A stretch of 64,000 nt of DNA from the human T2T-CHM13v2.0 reference genome, Homo sapiens: the NCBI RefSeq assembly GCF_009914755.1, contig NC_060948.1. One strand, given 5' to 3'. The notes below the pieces were generated by a model that was not told the origin of the DNA, did not search any database, and saw only the letters and a list, made by a program, of their open reading frames with translations. This document shows positions 53,369-64,000 of the stretch, in pieces. Position 1 is the stretch's first letter; each line of letters opens with the position of its first letter. The position numbers and the translations under genes were made by a program.

Positions 53369-55620
53369 ATGCTGCCTGATTGCCTCAGAAGCCCCCTAGA
53401 CCATCACAGATGCAAGCTTTGGGTAACTTTCACAGTGGAAAGTAAGTCCGTCCCCTTCTTAATCAATACGGAGGCTACCCACTCCACATTACCTTATTTT
53501 CAAGGGCCTGTTTCCCTTGCCTCCATAACTGTTGTGAGTATTGAGAACCAGGCTTCTAAACCTCTTAAAACTCCCCAATTCTGGTACCAACTTAGACAAT
53601 ACTCTTTTAAGCACTCCTTTTAGTTATCCTCACCTGCCCAGTTCCCTTATTAGGCTGAGACACTTTAACTAAATTATCTGCTTCCCTGACTATTCCTGGA
53701 TTACAGCTACATCTCATTGCTGCCCTTCTTCCCAATCCAAACCCCTTCCCTTCTTTGCATCCTCCTCTTGTATTCCCCCACCATAACCCACAAGTATAAG
53801 ATAACTCTACTCCCTCCTTGGTGACTGATCATGCACCCCTTACCATCTCATTAAAACCTAATCACTCTTACCCCACTCAATGCCAATATCCCATCCCACA
53901 GCATGCTTTGAAAGGATTAAAGCCTGTTATGACTCACCTGCTATAGCATGGCCTTTTAAAGCCTATAAACTCTCCTTACTGTTCCCCCATTTTACCTGTC
54001 CTAAAACCAGACAAGCCTTACAAGTTAGTTCAGGATCTATGCCTTATCAACCAAATTGTTTTGCCTATCCACCCCATGGTGCCAAACCCATATACTCTCC
54101 TATCCTCAATACCTCCCTTCACAATCCATTATTCTTTTCTGGATCTCAAACATGCTTTCTTTACTATTCCTTTGCACCCATCATCCCAGCCTCTCTTCGC
54201 TTTCACTTGGACTGACCGTGACACCCATCAGGCTCAGCAAATTACCTGGGCTGTACTGCCACAAAGCTTCACAGACAGCCCCCATTACTTCAGTCAAGCC
54301 TAAATTTCTTCCTTATCTGTTACCTATCTCAGCATAATTCTCATAAAAAACACAAGAGCTCTCACTGCTGATTGTGTCCAATTAATCTCCCAAACCTCAA
54401 TCCCTTACAAAACAACAACTCCTTTCCTTCCTAGGCATGGTTAGTGCAGTCAGAATTCTTATACAAGAGCCAGGACTGCATCTGGTAGGCTTTCTGTCCA
54501 AACAACTTGACCTTACTGTTTTAACCTAGCCATCATGTCTCTGTGCAGTGACTGCTGCTGCCCTAATACTTTTAGAGGTCCTCAAAATCACAAACTATGC
54601 TCAACTTACTCTCTACATTTCTCATAACTTCCAAAATCTATTTTCTTCCTCATACCTGATGCATATACTTACTGCACCCCGGCTTCTTCAGCTGTACTCA
54701 CTCTTTGTTAAGTCCCACAATTACCATTGTTTCTGACCCAGACTGCAATCTGGCCTCCCACATTATTCTTGATACCACACCTGATCCCATGACTGTATCT
54801 CTCTGATCCACCTGACGTTCACCCCATTTCCCCACATTTCCTTCTTCCCTGTTTCTCACCCTGATCACACTTGGTTTATTGATGGCAGTTCCACCAGGCC
54901 TAATTACCACACACCAGCAAAGGCAGGCTATGCTACAGTACAAGCCACTAGCCCATCTCTTAGAACCTCTCATTTCCTTTGCATCATGGAAATCTATCCT
55001 CAAGGAGATCACCTCTCAGTGTTCCATCTGATATTCTACTACCCTTCAGGGATTGTTCAAGTCCCCTCCCTTTCCTACACATCAAGCTCGAAGATTTATT
55101 CCTGCCCAGGACTGGCTAATTGACTTTACTCATATGCCCCTAGTCAGATAACTAAAATACCTCTTAGTCTAAGTAGACACTTTCACTGGATAGGTAGAGT
55201 CCTTTCCTACAGGGTCTCAGAAGTCCACCATGGTCATTTCTTCCCTTCTGTCAGACATAATTCCTTGGTTTGGCCTTCCCACCTCTATACAGTCTGATAA
55301 CAGACCAGCCTTTATTAGTCAAATCAGCCAAGCATGTTTTCAAGCTCTTGGTATTCAGTGAAACCTTTATATCCCTTAGAGTTGTCAGTCTTCAGGAAAG
55401 GTAGAATGGACTAATGGTCTTTTAAAAACACACCTCACCAGGCTCAGCCACCAACTTAAAAAAGACTGGACAGTACTTTTACCACTTTCCCTTCTCAGAA
55501 TTCAGGCCTGTCCTTGGAATGCTACAAGGTACAGCCCATTTGAGCTCCTGTATAGACGGTCCTTTTTATTAAGCCCTAGTCTCATTCCAGACACAAGACC
55601 AACTTGGAATGTGCCCCAAA
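53369..55620 (+). pseudogene. pol: HERV-H pro-pol remnant
   Basis: Protease FLINTEATHS (catalytic DTG lost); RT LDLKHAFFTIPL..LPQSFTDSP; RNase H WFIDGSS; integrase DW.IDFTHMP; stops, frameshifts, deletions. Confidence 0.92.
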
Positions 55621-56180
55621 AACTTGTCATCCCTACTATATTCTGTCTAGTCATATGCCTATTCACCATTCTCAACTATGCATACATGCCCTGCTCTTGT
55701 TTACACTGCCAGTTTACACTGTTTCTCCAAGCCATCACAGCTGATATCTCCCAGTGCTATCCCCAAACTGGCACTCTTAACTCTTGAAGTAAATAAATAA
55801 TCTTTGCTGGCAGGACTATGCTGAATCTCCTTAGGCACTCTCTAATTAGATGTCCTGGGTCCTCCCAATTCTTAGACCTTTAATATCTGTTTTTCTTCTT
55901 CTCTTATTCCATTTAGTTTTTCAATTCATACAAAACCATATCCAGGCCATCACCAATAATTCTAAATGACAAATGTTTCTTCTAACAGTACCACAATATC
56001 ACCCCTTACCACAAAATCTTCCTTCAGCTTACTCTCTCCCACTCTAGGTTCCCACGCCACCCCTAATACTGCTCTAAGCAGCCCTGAGAAACATCGCCCA
56101 TTATCCCTCCATACCATCCCCCAAAATTTTTGCCATCCCAACACTTTACCACTATTTCATTTTATTTTTCTTATTCATAT

Positions 56181-56193
56181 AAGAAGACAGGAA
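56181..56193 (+). other. Polypurine tract
   Basis: aagaagacaggaa immediately before the 3' LTR TG. Confidence 0.8.
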
Positions 56194-56596
56194 TGTCAGG
56201 CCTCTGAGCCCAAACTAAGCTATCGTATCCCCTGTGACCTGCATGTACACATCCAGATGGCCGGTTCCTGACTTAACTGATGGCATTCCACCACAAAAGA
56301 AGTGAACATGGCCTGTTCCTGCCTTAACAGATGGCATTATCTTGTGAAATTCCTTCTCCTGGCTCTTCCTGGCTCAAAAGCTCCCCTACTGAGCACCTTG
56401 TGACCCCCATTCCTGCCCCCCAGAGAACAACCCCCCTTCTCCTTTACCTACCCAAATCCTATAAAATGTCCCCATCCCTATCTCCCTTTGCTGACTCTCT
56501 TTTTGGACTCAGCTCTCCTGCACACAGGTGAAATAAACAGCCATGTTGCTCACACAAAGCCTGTTTGGTGGTCTCTTCACAGGGACGGGCATGAAA

Positions 56597-56724
56597 GCCC
56601 CCACCCCTACCTCCCTTCACTGACTCTCTTTTCAGACTCAGCCCACCTGCACCCAAGTGATTAAAAAGATTTATCGCTCACACAAATCCTGTTTGGTGGT
56701 ATCTTCACATGGATTCGTAGGACA
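56597..56724 (+). mobile_element. Host solo LTR7, R-U5 half
   Basis: gcccccacccctacctccc...attaaaaag...gtaggaca|ctaac; outer TSD ctaac matches 50586-50590. Confidence 0.95.
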
Positions 56725-57508
56725 CTAACCCTGAAGCTTTTCATTCTTTCCATTGCTTTTTCTACTGAGATTAAATTTGCATTTCTGCTGCTCTTGCACT
56801 CTAGAGAGGTAGCCCCCCTCCCACTGCCTTAACTAGTTGGCTCTTAAGAGATCATAAGATAGGTATTAACTTTGCCTGAGTAATTTCCCAACTCCTGGAA
56901 TGGGATGGGAAGCATATAATCTCATGACAAGTTCAGTCACTTCTGTGCCATAAATCAACCAGAGCCCCACCAGGGCACTCGTCCATCCATGAGCCTCCTT
57001 TTCAAGGGAGCATTCAGCCTTGACATGGTGGTCAGTGCCACTGGACATGGCCAAAGATCTACCCTGAAAATTGGGAAGGATGCTTATTGAAGACCTTTAA
57101 TGTGTTAGAGTGTCAAGTGCTTCCCAGGCTTTGGACAGTTTGCTTTCTGTTGATGCCTGCAGAGTCTGCTGCTCTTCTTTCTTTCTTTTTTCTTTTTTTT
57201 TCAATTTTGTTATGGTAAGAACACTTAACGTGAGATGTTCTCTCTTGTTACATTTTTAAATACACCCATATTTTTAACTCTATGCAATAATATTATACAA
57301 TAGATGCCTAGAATATATTTATCCTGAGTAACTGAAAATTTATACCTATTGATAAGTAATTTCCCATTTTCTTCTTGCCCATTCTCAATGCCTGGTGACC
57401 ACCATTCTACCCTAAGATTTTCTATGTTTGACTGTTCAGCTACTTCATATAAGAGGAATCATTAAGTATTTGTCCTTCTGTGACTGACTTATTTTGCTCA
57501 ACATCATG

Positions 57509-58572
57509 TTTTTGTTTTTTGTTTCATTGAGATGAAGTCTTGCTCTGTCACCCAGGATGGATTGTAGTGGCACAATCTCAGCTTATTGCAACCTCCACCT
57601 CCTGGGTTCAAGGGATTCTCCTACCTCAGCCTACCAAGTAACTTTGTTTACAGGCATGCACCGCCATGACTGGCTAATTTTTTGTATTTTTACTAGTGTT
57701 ACCGGGGGGTCCTTGCTCCCAGAGCTCCCAAGATGGTAGGGGGCCGCTTCCAAGATGGCCACAAGCCTCTTCTTATCTGACCTGGGATTCTTGACCTCAC
57801 AGATTCCAAGGAATGGAATCTTGGGCCATGCAGTGAATGTTATAGCTCTGTTAGAAGCCGTGGGTCATGGAAGAGAACCGCGGAACCCAGCGACAAGTGT
57901 TCAGCTGCATTAGGATGAACCAGGGCACTTAGCCATGTAGGAACAATGGCAAGCCTTTAGCTGATCTGGAGTGGCAATGTGTGCCTCACTGGATCAGGAA
58001 CACAGTGGATACCCTGCTGGATCTGTGGGGGCGGAAGTCAGCAGCAGGTCTGCGATGGTGGCAAACAACAGTGGTGAACAGCAAGCAAAAGCTCAGCTAA
58101 AGCAGTAACAAACACGAACCAGAACCGTGTGCAGTTGCAAGATTTAATAGAGTGGAAACAGAGCTCCCATACAAAAGGAGGGGATCCAAAGAGGGTAGCC
58201 ATTGCCAGCTGGAATGCCTGGGTTTATATCCAGACTATTGTCCCTCCTGCTGTGCTTTCAGGTGATAGATGATTGGCTATTTCTTTACCTCTGTTTTTGC
58301 CTAATTAGCATTTTAGTGAGCTCTTTTTACTATCTGATTGGTCGGGTATGAGCTAAGTTGCAAGCCCCATGTTTAAAAGTGGATGTGGTCACCTTCCCAG
58401 CTAGGCTTAGGGACTCTTAGTCAGCCTAGGAAATCCAGCTAGTCTTGTATCTCAGTAGAGATGGGGTTTCATCATGTTGGCCAGGCTGGTCTCCAACTCT
58501 TGGCCGCAAGTGATCCACCTGCAGTGGCCTCTCAAATGCTGGGATTGCAGGCATGAGCCAGTGTATCCAGCC
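57509..58572 (-). mobile_element. AluSx-type split by LTR17 (57509-57696 and 58455-58572)
   Basis: Alu breaks at tttta(c/g)tag|...|gtagagatggggtttc; TSD ctcaacatcatgtttt / ctcaacataatgtttt. Confidence 0.92.
57697..58454 (-). mobile_element. LTR17 (HERV-W) solo LTR
   Basis: Reverse complement tgagatacaagactagctggatttcctagg...gggagcaaggaccccccggtaaca, 758 bp; 4-bp TSD ctag / gtag. Confidence 0.95.
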
Positions 58573-58686
58573 TCAACATAATGTTTTAAGTTTCATATGT
58601 GCTATTGCATATTGCAAGATTTCTTCATTTTGTAAGGTTAATAATATTGCAAGAATAATACTGTAACAATAATGTTACATTGTATG

Positions 58687-58805
58687 TTGGGATGGCTAAT
58701 TTCATACATCAACTTGACTGAGCTAAGGAATGCCCAGGTAGCTAGTAAAGCATTATTACTGAGTGTGTCTGTGAGGGTGTTTGTGGAAGAGATTAGCATT
58801 TGATT
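58687..58805 (+). mobile_element. MLT2 (ERVL) LTR 5' fragment
   Basis: tcaacttgactgagctaagg...gtgtgtctgtgagggtgttt..gaagagattagcatttga. Confidence 0.8.
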
Positions 58806-58809
58806 ATTT

Positions 58810-59405
58810 CTTATTTTAATGTATTTGGGAGTACAAGTGTTATTGTATTACAGGAATATATTGTGTAGTGAAGTCTGGACTTTTAGTATACCCATTATCC
58901 CCATCATCCAAATAATATACATTGTACCCAATAGGTAGTATTTCCTCCTTCACCCCTTCCCACCCTCCCATCTTAAATAGTCTTCAATGTGTATTATTTC
59001 ACTCTGTCTGTCCATGTGTACTCATTGTATGTATCTCACTTATAAGTGAGAACATGAGGTTTATATTTTTGTTTCTGAATCATTTCACTAGGGAACATTC
59101 TCTTTGCTACAGTCAAGTTCCTGTTATGTAACTTTGTTGTTTACATGTCTTTTGTAGCAACATGGATGAACTGTCCTCCAGTTTCACCCACGTTGCTGCA
59201 AAAGACCTGAGTTTTTTTTTTTTTTTTTTTTTTATGGCTGAGTAGTATTTCATAGTGTGTGTGTGTGTATGCATGTGTGTACACACAATGTGTGATACAT
59301 ATATATACACACACACACACAGACACACACAATGTGGTGCGTGTGTGTGTGTGTATATATATATATATAGCCCATTGTTTTTATCCAGTCACCATTGATG
59401 GACAT
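58810..59405 (-). mobile_element. L1PB/L1MA 3' fragment with internal (TG/CA)n
   Basis: gggagtacaagtg...cacttataagtgagaacatg...tatggctgagtagtattt. Confidence 0.85.
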
Positions 59406-59576
59406 TCTCCTTAGATCCAGGTAGATTCCGAGAAAATGCATCAGACTATAGATGTATAAACATCACAGGGTTTTAGACATGGTAGGAACCTTTTTATTTT
59501 ACAGCTATAGAAACAGAGAGCTGCAAAGACTGGATAACATGTCCAAATATTGACAGCTAGTTAGCAGCAGCACCAG

Positions 59577-59910
59577 GAAGGCAGCCTGTTGTAGTGGCTG
59601 ACACCTGTAATCCCAGCTACACTGGAGGCCAAGGTGGGAAGATTCCATGAGTCCAAGAGTTTTCAGTAAACCTGGACTACATAGTGAGAACTCATCTCTA
59701 CAAATATATATATATTTTTTAAATTAGCTAGGTGTGGTGGTGCATGCCTGTAGTCTCAGCAATTCAAGAGGGTAAGGCAAGAGGATTGCTTGAGCCCAGG
59801 ATTTTAAGGCTGCAGTGAGCTGTGCTTGCACCATTGTACCCCAATCTGGGTGCTAGAGTAAGACTTCATCTCTAAAAGAAAATAGTTTTATTTAAAAAAT
59901 TAAAAAATAA
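59577..59910 (+). mobile_element. AluJ
   Basis: gaggattgcttgagcccagg...aaggctgcagtgagc. Confidence 0.9.
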
Positions 59911-60205
59911 GAAGGAATTAACAGAATTATCACACATGCAACACTTAATGTGTCCCAAACACTTCTAAAGACTTCAAATGTAAACAAACAGGTCAGGCAA
60001 GACTTACTTTTTTAAACATAATTTTTAGATTAATATGTTGTTAATACTCAACATATATTATGATAAACTTAATTGTGCTAGGTATAATTGATTCTATTGA
60101 GAAATACAAAGACCAATGCACCAGGTAGTGCAGCACAGTAAATAGAAACAGATTCGCTAAATCGGTAAATCCTGAACATTTATTTCAGAAAAATCACACG
60201 TGATT

Positions 60206-60510
60206 GTCCAGGCCTGGTGGCTCAGGCCTGTAATCTCAGCACTTTGATAGGCTGAGGCAGGTGGATCATGAGGTCAGCAGACCAAGACCATCCTGGCTAA
60301 CACAAACCCTGTCTCTACTAAACATACAAAAAAAAAAAAAAAATTAGCCAGGATTGGTGGTGGGCACCTGTAGTCCCAGCTACTCAGGAGGCCAAGGCAG
60401 GAGAATGGCATGAACCCAGGAGGTGGAGCTTGCAGTGAATCTAGATCGGGCCATTGCACTCCAGCCTGGGCAACAGAGCGAGACTCCGTCTCAAAAAAAA
60501 AAAAGAAAGA
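60206..60510 (+). mobile_element. AluY, heavily decayed
   Basis: gagaatggcatgaacccaggaggtggagcttgcag; TSD aaaaatcacacgtgatt / aaaaatcacacacgtaatt. Confidence 0.9.
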
Positions 60511-61091
60511 AAAATCACACACGTAATTTAAATATGTATTTAAATCTATAAAAAATATCTGTTTAGATACGATTTCAGAATGGGTTTTCGCTGTCCTCAT
60601 GTCAGACTATTTTTCTTTATCTAATTAAAACAGGATATTTATTAGACAATAACATTTTGTGACCCAAACTTCACCACTGTGCATACCAGGGAGTGAACAA
60701 AGCTGCTTTTCTTCTAAAAACATTGTTTGTCATGCAAGTTTTTCTTTGTTTTTAAAAACCTTTCTTCCCAATCTAGCAAATATATCAGGAACATTTTCTT
60801 TGATGTGGTTAAGTTTCTGTTATATAAGCACATTGTTAATCTTCTTTTAATGAACAAATTTAATATAATTACATGTGTAGTTATAAAAATGTTATTTTGT
60901 CTCTCTCCTTCCTAATGATTTCTTCTATGAACAGCGCTTTCTCTATAAAAAAAAGTTTTTAATGATCTTTTGCCAAATAAATTTGTTCAGAAAAATGATT
61001 TTTAAAGGGAGAATTGTGTAGTTTTTCAGAAGTTAATGCACCATGTTCTTAATATTTTGGAGTGGAGCACTTTCATTTAATTTTAAGTGCT

Positions 61092-62836
61092 ATTTATTTA
61101 TTTATTTTACATTTTTATTACACTTTAAGTTATAGGGTACATGTGCACAACGTGCAGTTAAGTTACATATGTATACATGTGCCATGTTGGTGTGCTGCAC
61201 CCATCAACTTGTCATTTAACATTAGGTAGATCTCCTAATGCTATCACTCCTCCCTCCCCAAATCCTACAACAGGCCCAGTGTGTGATGTTTCCCTTCCTG
61301 TGTCAATGTGTTCTCATTGTTAATTCCCACCTAGGAGTGAGAACATGTGGTGTTTGGTTTTTTTGTCCTTGTGATAGTTTGCTGAGAATGATGGTTTCCA
61401 GCTTCATCCATGTCCCTACAAAGGACATGAACTCACCTTTTTTATGGCTGCATAGTATTCCATAGTGTATATGTGCCACATTTTCTTAATCCACTCTATC
61501 ATTGTTGGACATTTGTGTTGGTTCCAAGTCTTTGCTATTGTGAATAGTGCCACAATAAACACACATGTGCATGTGTCTTTATAGCAGCATGATTTATAAT
61601 CATTTGGGTATATACCCAGTAATGGGATTGCTGGGTCAAATGGTGTTTCTAGTTCAAGATCTCTGAGGAATCACCACACTGACTCCCACCATGGTTGAAC
61701 TAGTTTACAGTCCCAACAGCAGTGTAAAAGTGTTCCTATTTCTTCACATCCTCTCCAGGACTTGTTGTTTCTTGAGTTTTTAATGATGACCATTCTAACT
61801 GTATGAGATAGTATCTCATTGTGGTTTTGATTTGCATTTTTCTGATGGCCAGTTATGATGAGCATTTTTTCATGTGTCTTTTGGCTGCATAAATGTCTTC
61901 TTTTAAGAAGTGTCTGTTCATATCCTTCACCCACTTTTGATGGGGTTGTCTGTTTTATTCTTGCAGATTTGTTTGAGTTCATTGTAAATTCTGGATATTA
62001 GCCCTTTGTCAGATGAGCAGATTGCAAAAATTTTCTCCCATTCTGTAGGCTGCCTGTTCACTCTGATGGTAGTTTCTTTTGCTGTACAGAAGCTCTTTAG
62101 TTTAATTAGATCCCATTTGTCAATTTTGGCTTTTGTTGCCATTGCTTTTGGTGTTTTAGACATGAAGTCCTTGCCAATGCCTATGTCCTGAATGGTATTG
62201 CCTAGGTTTTCTTCTAGGGTTTTTATGGTTTTAGGTCTAACATGTAAGTCTTTAATCCATCTTGAATTAATTTTTGTATAAGTGTAAGGAAAGGATCCAG
62301 ATTCAGCTTTCTACATATGGCTAGCCAGTTTTCCCAGAACCATTTATTAAATAGGGAATCCTTTCTCCATTTCCTGTTTTTGTCAGGTTTGTCAAAGATC
62401 AGATGGTTGTAGATATGTGGCATTATTTCTTAGGGCTCTGTTCTGTTCCATTTGTCTATACCTCTGTTTTGGTACCAGTACCATGCTGTTTTGGTTACTG
62501 TAGCCTTGTAGTATAGTTTGAAGTCAGGTAGTGTGATGCCTCCAGATTTGTTCTTTTGGCTTAGGGTTGACTTGTCAATGTGGACTATTTTTGGTTCCAT
62601 ATGAACTTTAAAGTAGTTTTTCCAATTCTGTGAAGAAAGTCATTGATAGCTTGATGGTGATGGCATTGAATCTATAAATTACCTTGGGCACTATGGCCAC
62701 TTTCATGATATTGATTCTTCCTACCCATGAGCATGTAATCTTCTTCCATTTGTTTGTATCCTCTTTTATTTCATTGAGCAGTGGTTTGTAGTTCTCCTTG
62801 AAGAGGTCCTTCACATCCCTTTTAAGTTGGATTCCT
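61092..62836 (-). mobile_element. L1PA4/5-like element, 3' (non-inverted) segment
   Basis: 3' UTR gggtacatgtgcacaacgtgcag; ORF2 peptides [14 protein letters not shown] and [13 protein letters not shown] on minus. Confidence 0.95.
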
Positions 62837-63502
<666 letters not shown>

Positions 63503-63659
63503 TAATTTTAACTACTTTTTTTGCCAATGACTCTGTTTCAGTTTTTGAAACCTCTTTATAAACACCTTGTTCTAAGCCAGGCTTGTAGGAAAGATAAAGT
63601 AAAGTCCAGTTACTTCTGCTGGTAATAATTTATATACAGTGGAATTAGAAGTGGCTCTC

Positions 63660-63970
63660 TTGTTTTGTTTTTTTTATTTTTTTATTTTTGAGATGGAATC
63701 TCACTAACTCTGAGCACAAGCTGGAGTGTAGTGGCACAATCTTGGCTCACTGCAACTTTTACCTCCCAGGCTCAAGCAATTCTTTTGCCTCAGCCTCCTG
63801 AGTAGCTGGAATTATAGGCACACAGCACCAAGCCTGGCTGATTTTTGTATTTTTAGTACAGATGGGGTTTCACCATGTTTGTCATGCTAATCTCACAAAC
63901 TCCTGACCTCAAGTGATGCACCTGCCTCCACCTCCCAAAACGCTGATATTGCAGGCATAAGCTACTGGCC
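63660..63970 (-). mobile_element. AluS
   Basis: gagatggaatctcact...cctgacctcaagtgat. Confidence 0.9.
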
Positions 63971-64000
63971 TTCAGTGGCTTTTAACAAACTTAAATTTTC

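Larger units (their letters stand above)
50836..56596 (+). mobile_element. HERV-H provirus (5.76 kb, env-deleted type)
   Basis: 5' LTR7 50836-51242, His PBS, gag/pro/pol remnants, PPT, 3' LTR7 56194-56596. Confidence 0.97.
57200..58683 (-). mobile_element. L1MA 3' fragment hosting an Alu and LTR17
   Basis: ggtaagaacacttaacgtgagat...accattctac...gactgacttattttgctcaacat; resumes at 58573. Confidence 0.78.

Overview
Primate (almost certainly human) non-coding genomic DNA, AT-rich and CpG-poor. I found no supportable host protein-coding exon, RNA gene or CpG island. The window is a mosaic of transposable elements: about 21 Alus (J, S and Y, one near-perfect AluYc1-like copy), several L1s, DNA-transposon relics (MER6B, MER1A x2, MER20, MER58, Tigger3a) and many ERV/MaLR LTRs. 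The L1s include a 4.2-kb 5'-truncated L1PA7-like copy and a twin-primed, 5'-inverted L1PA4/5. The most striking structure lies at 48.6-56.7 kb. A 5.76-kb HERV-H provirus has integrated into a pre-existing solo LTR7 just downstream of its TATA box, and a third, oppositely oriented solo LTR7 sits 1.55 kb upstream. Other oddities are an orphan 25-nt+A41 retro-insertion with TSDs, a HERV-W LTR17 inside an Alu inside an L1, a 78-bp dispersed duplication, a degenerate 61-bp x9 tandem array, and two snap-back/template-switch scars. All long ORFs are TE-derived. I see no evidence of a new multi-gene system; the findings are structural or regulatory candidates. Subfamily names come from recalled consensus sequences and were not checked by search; boundaries lacking TSDs are approximate.
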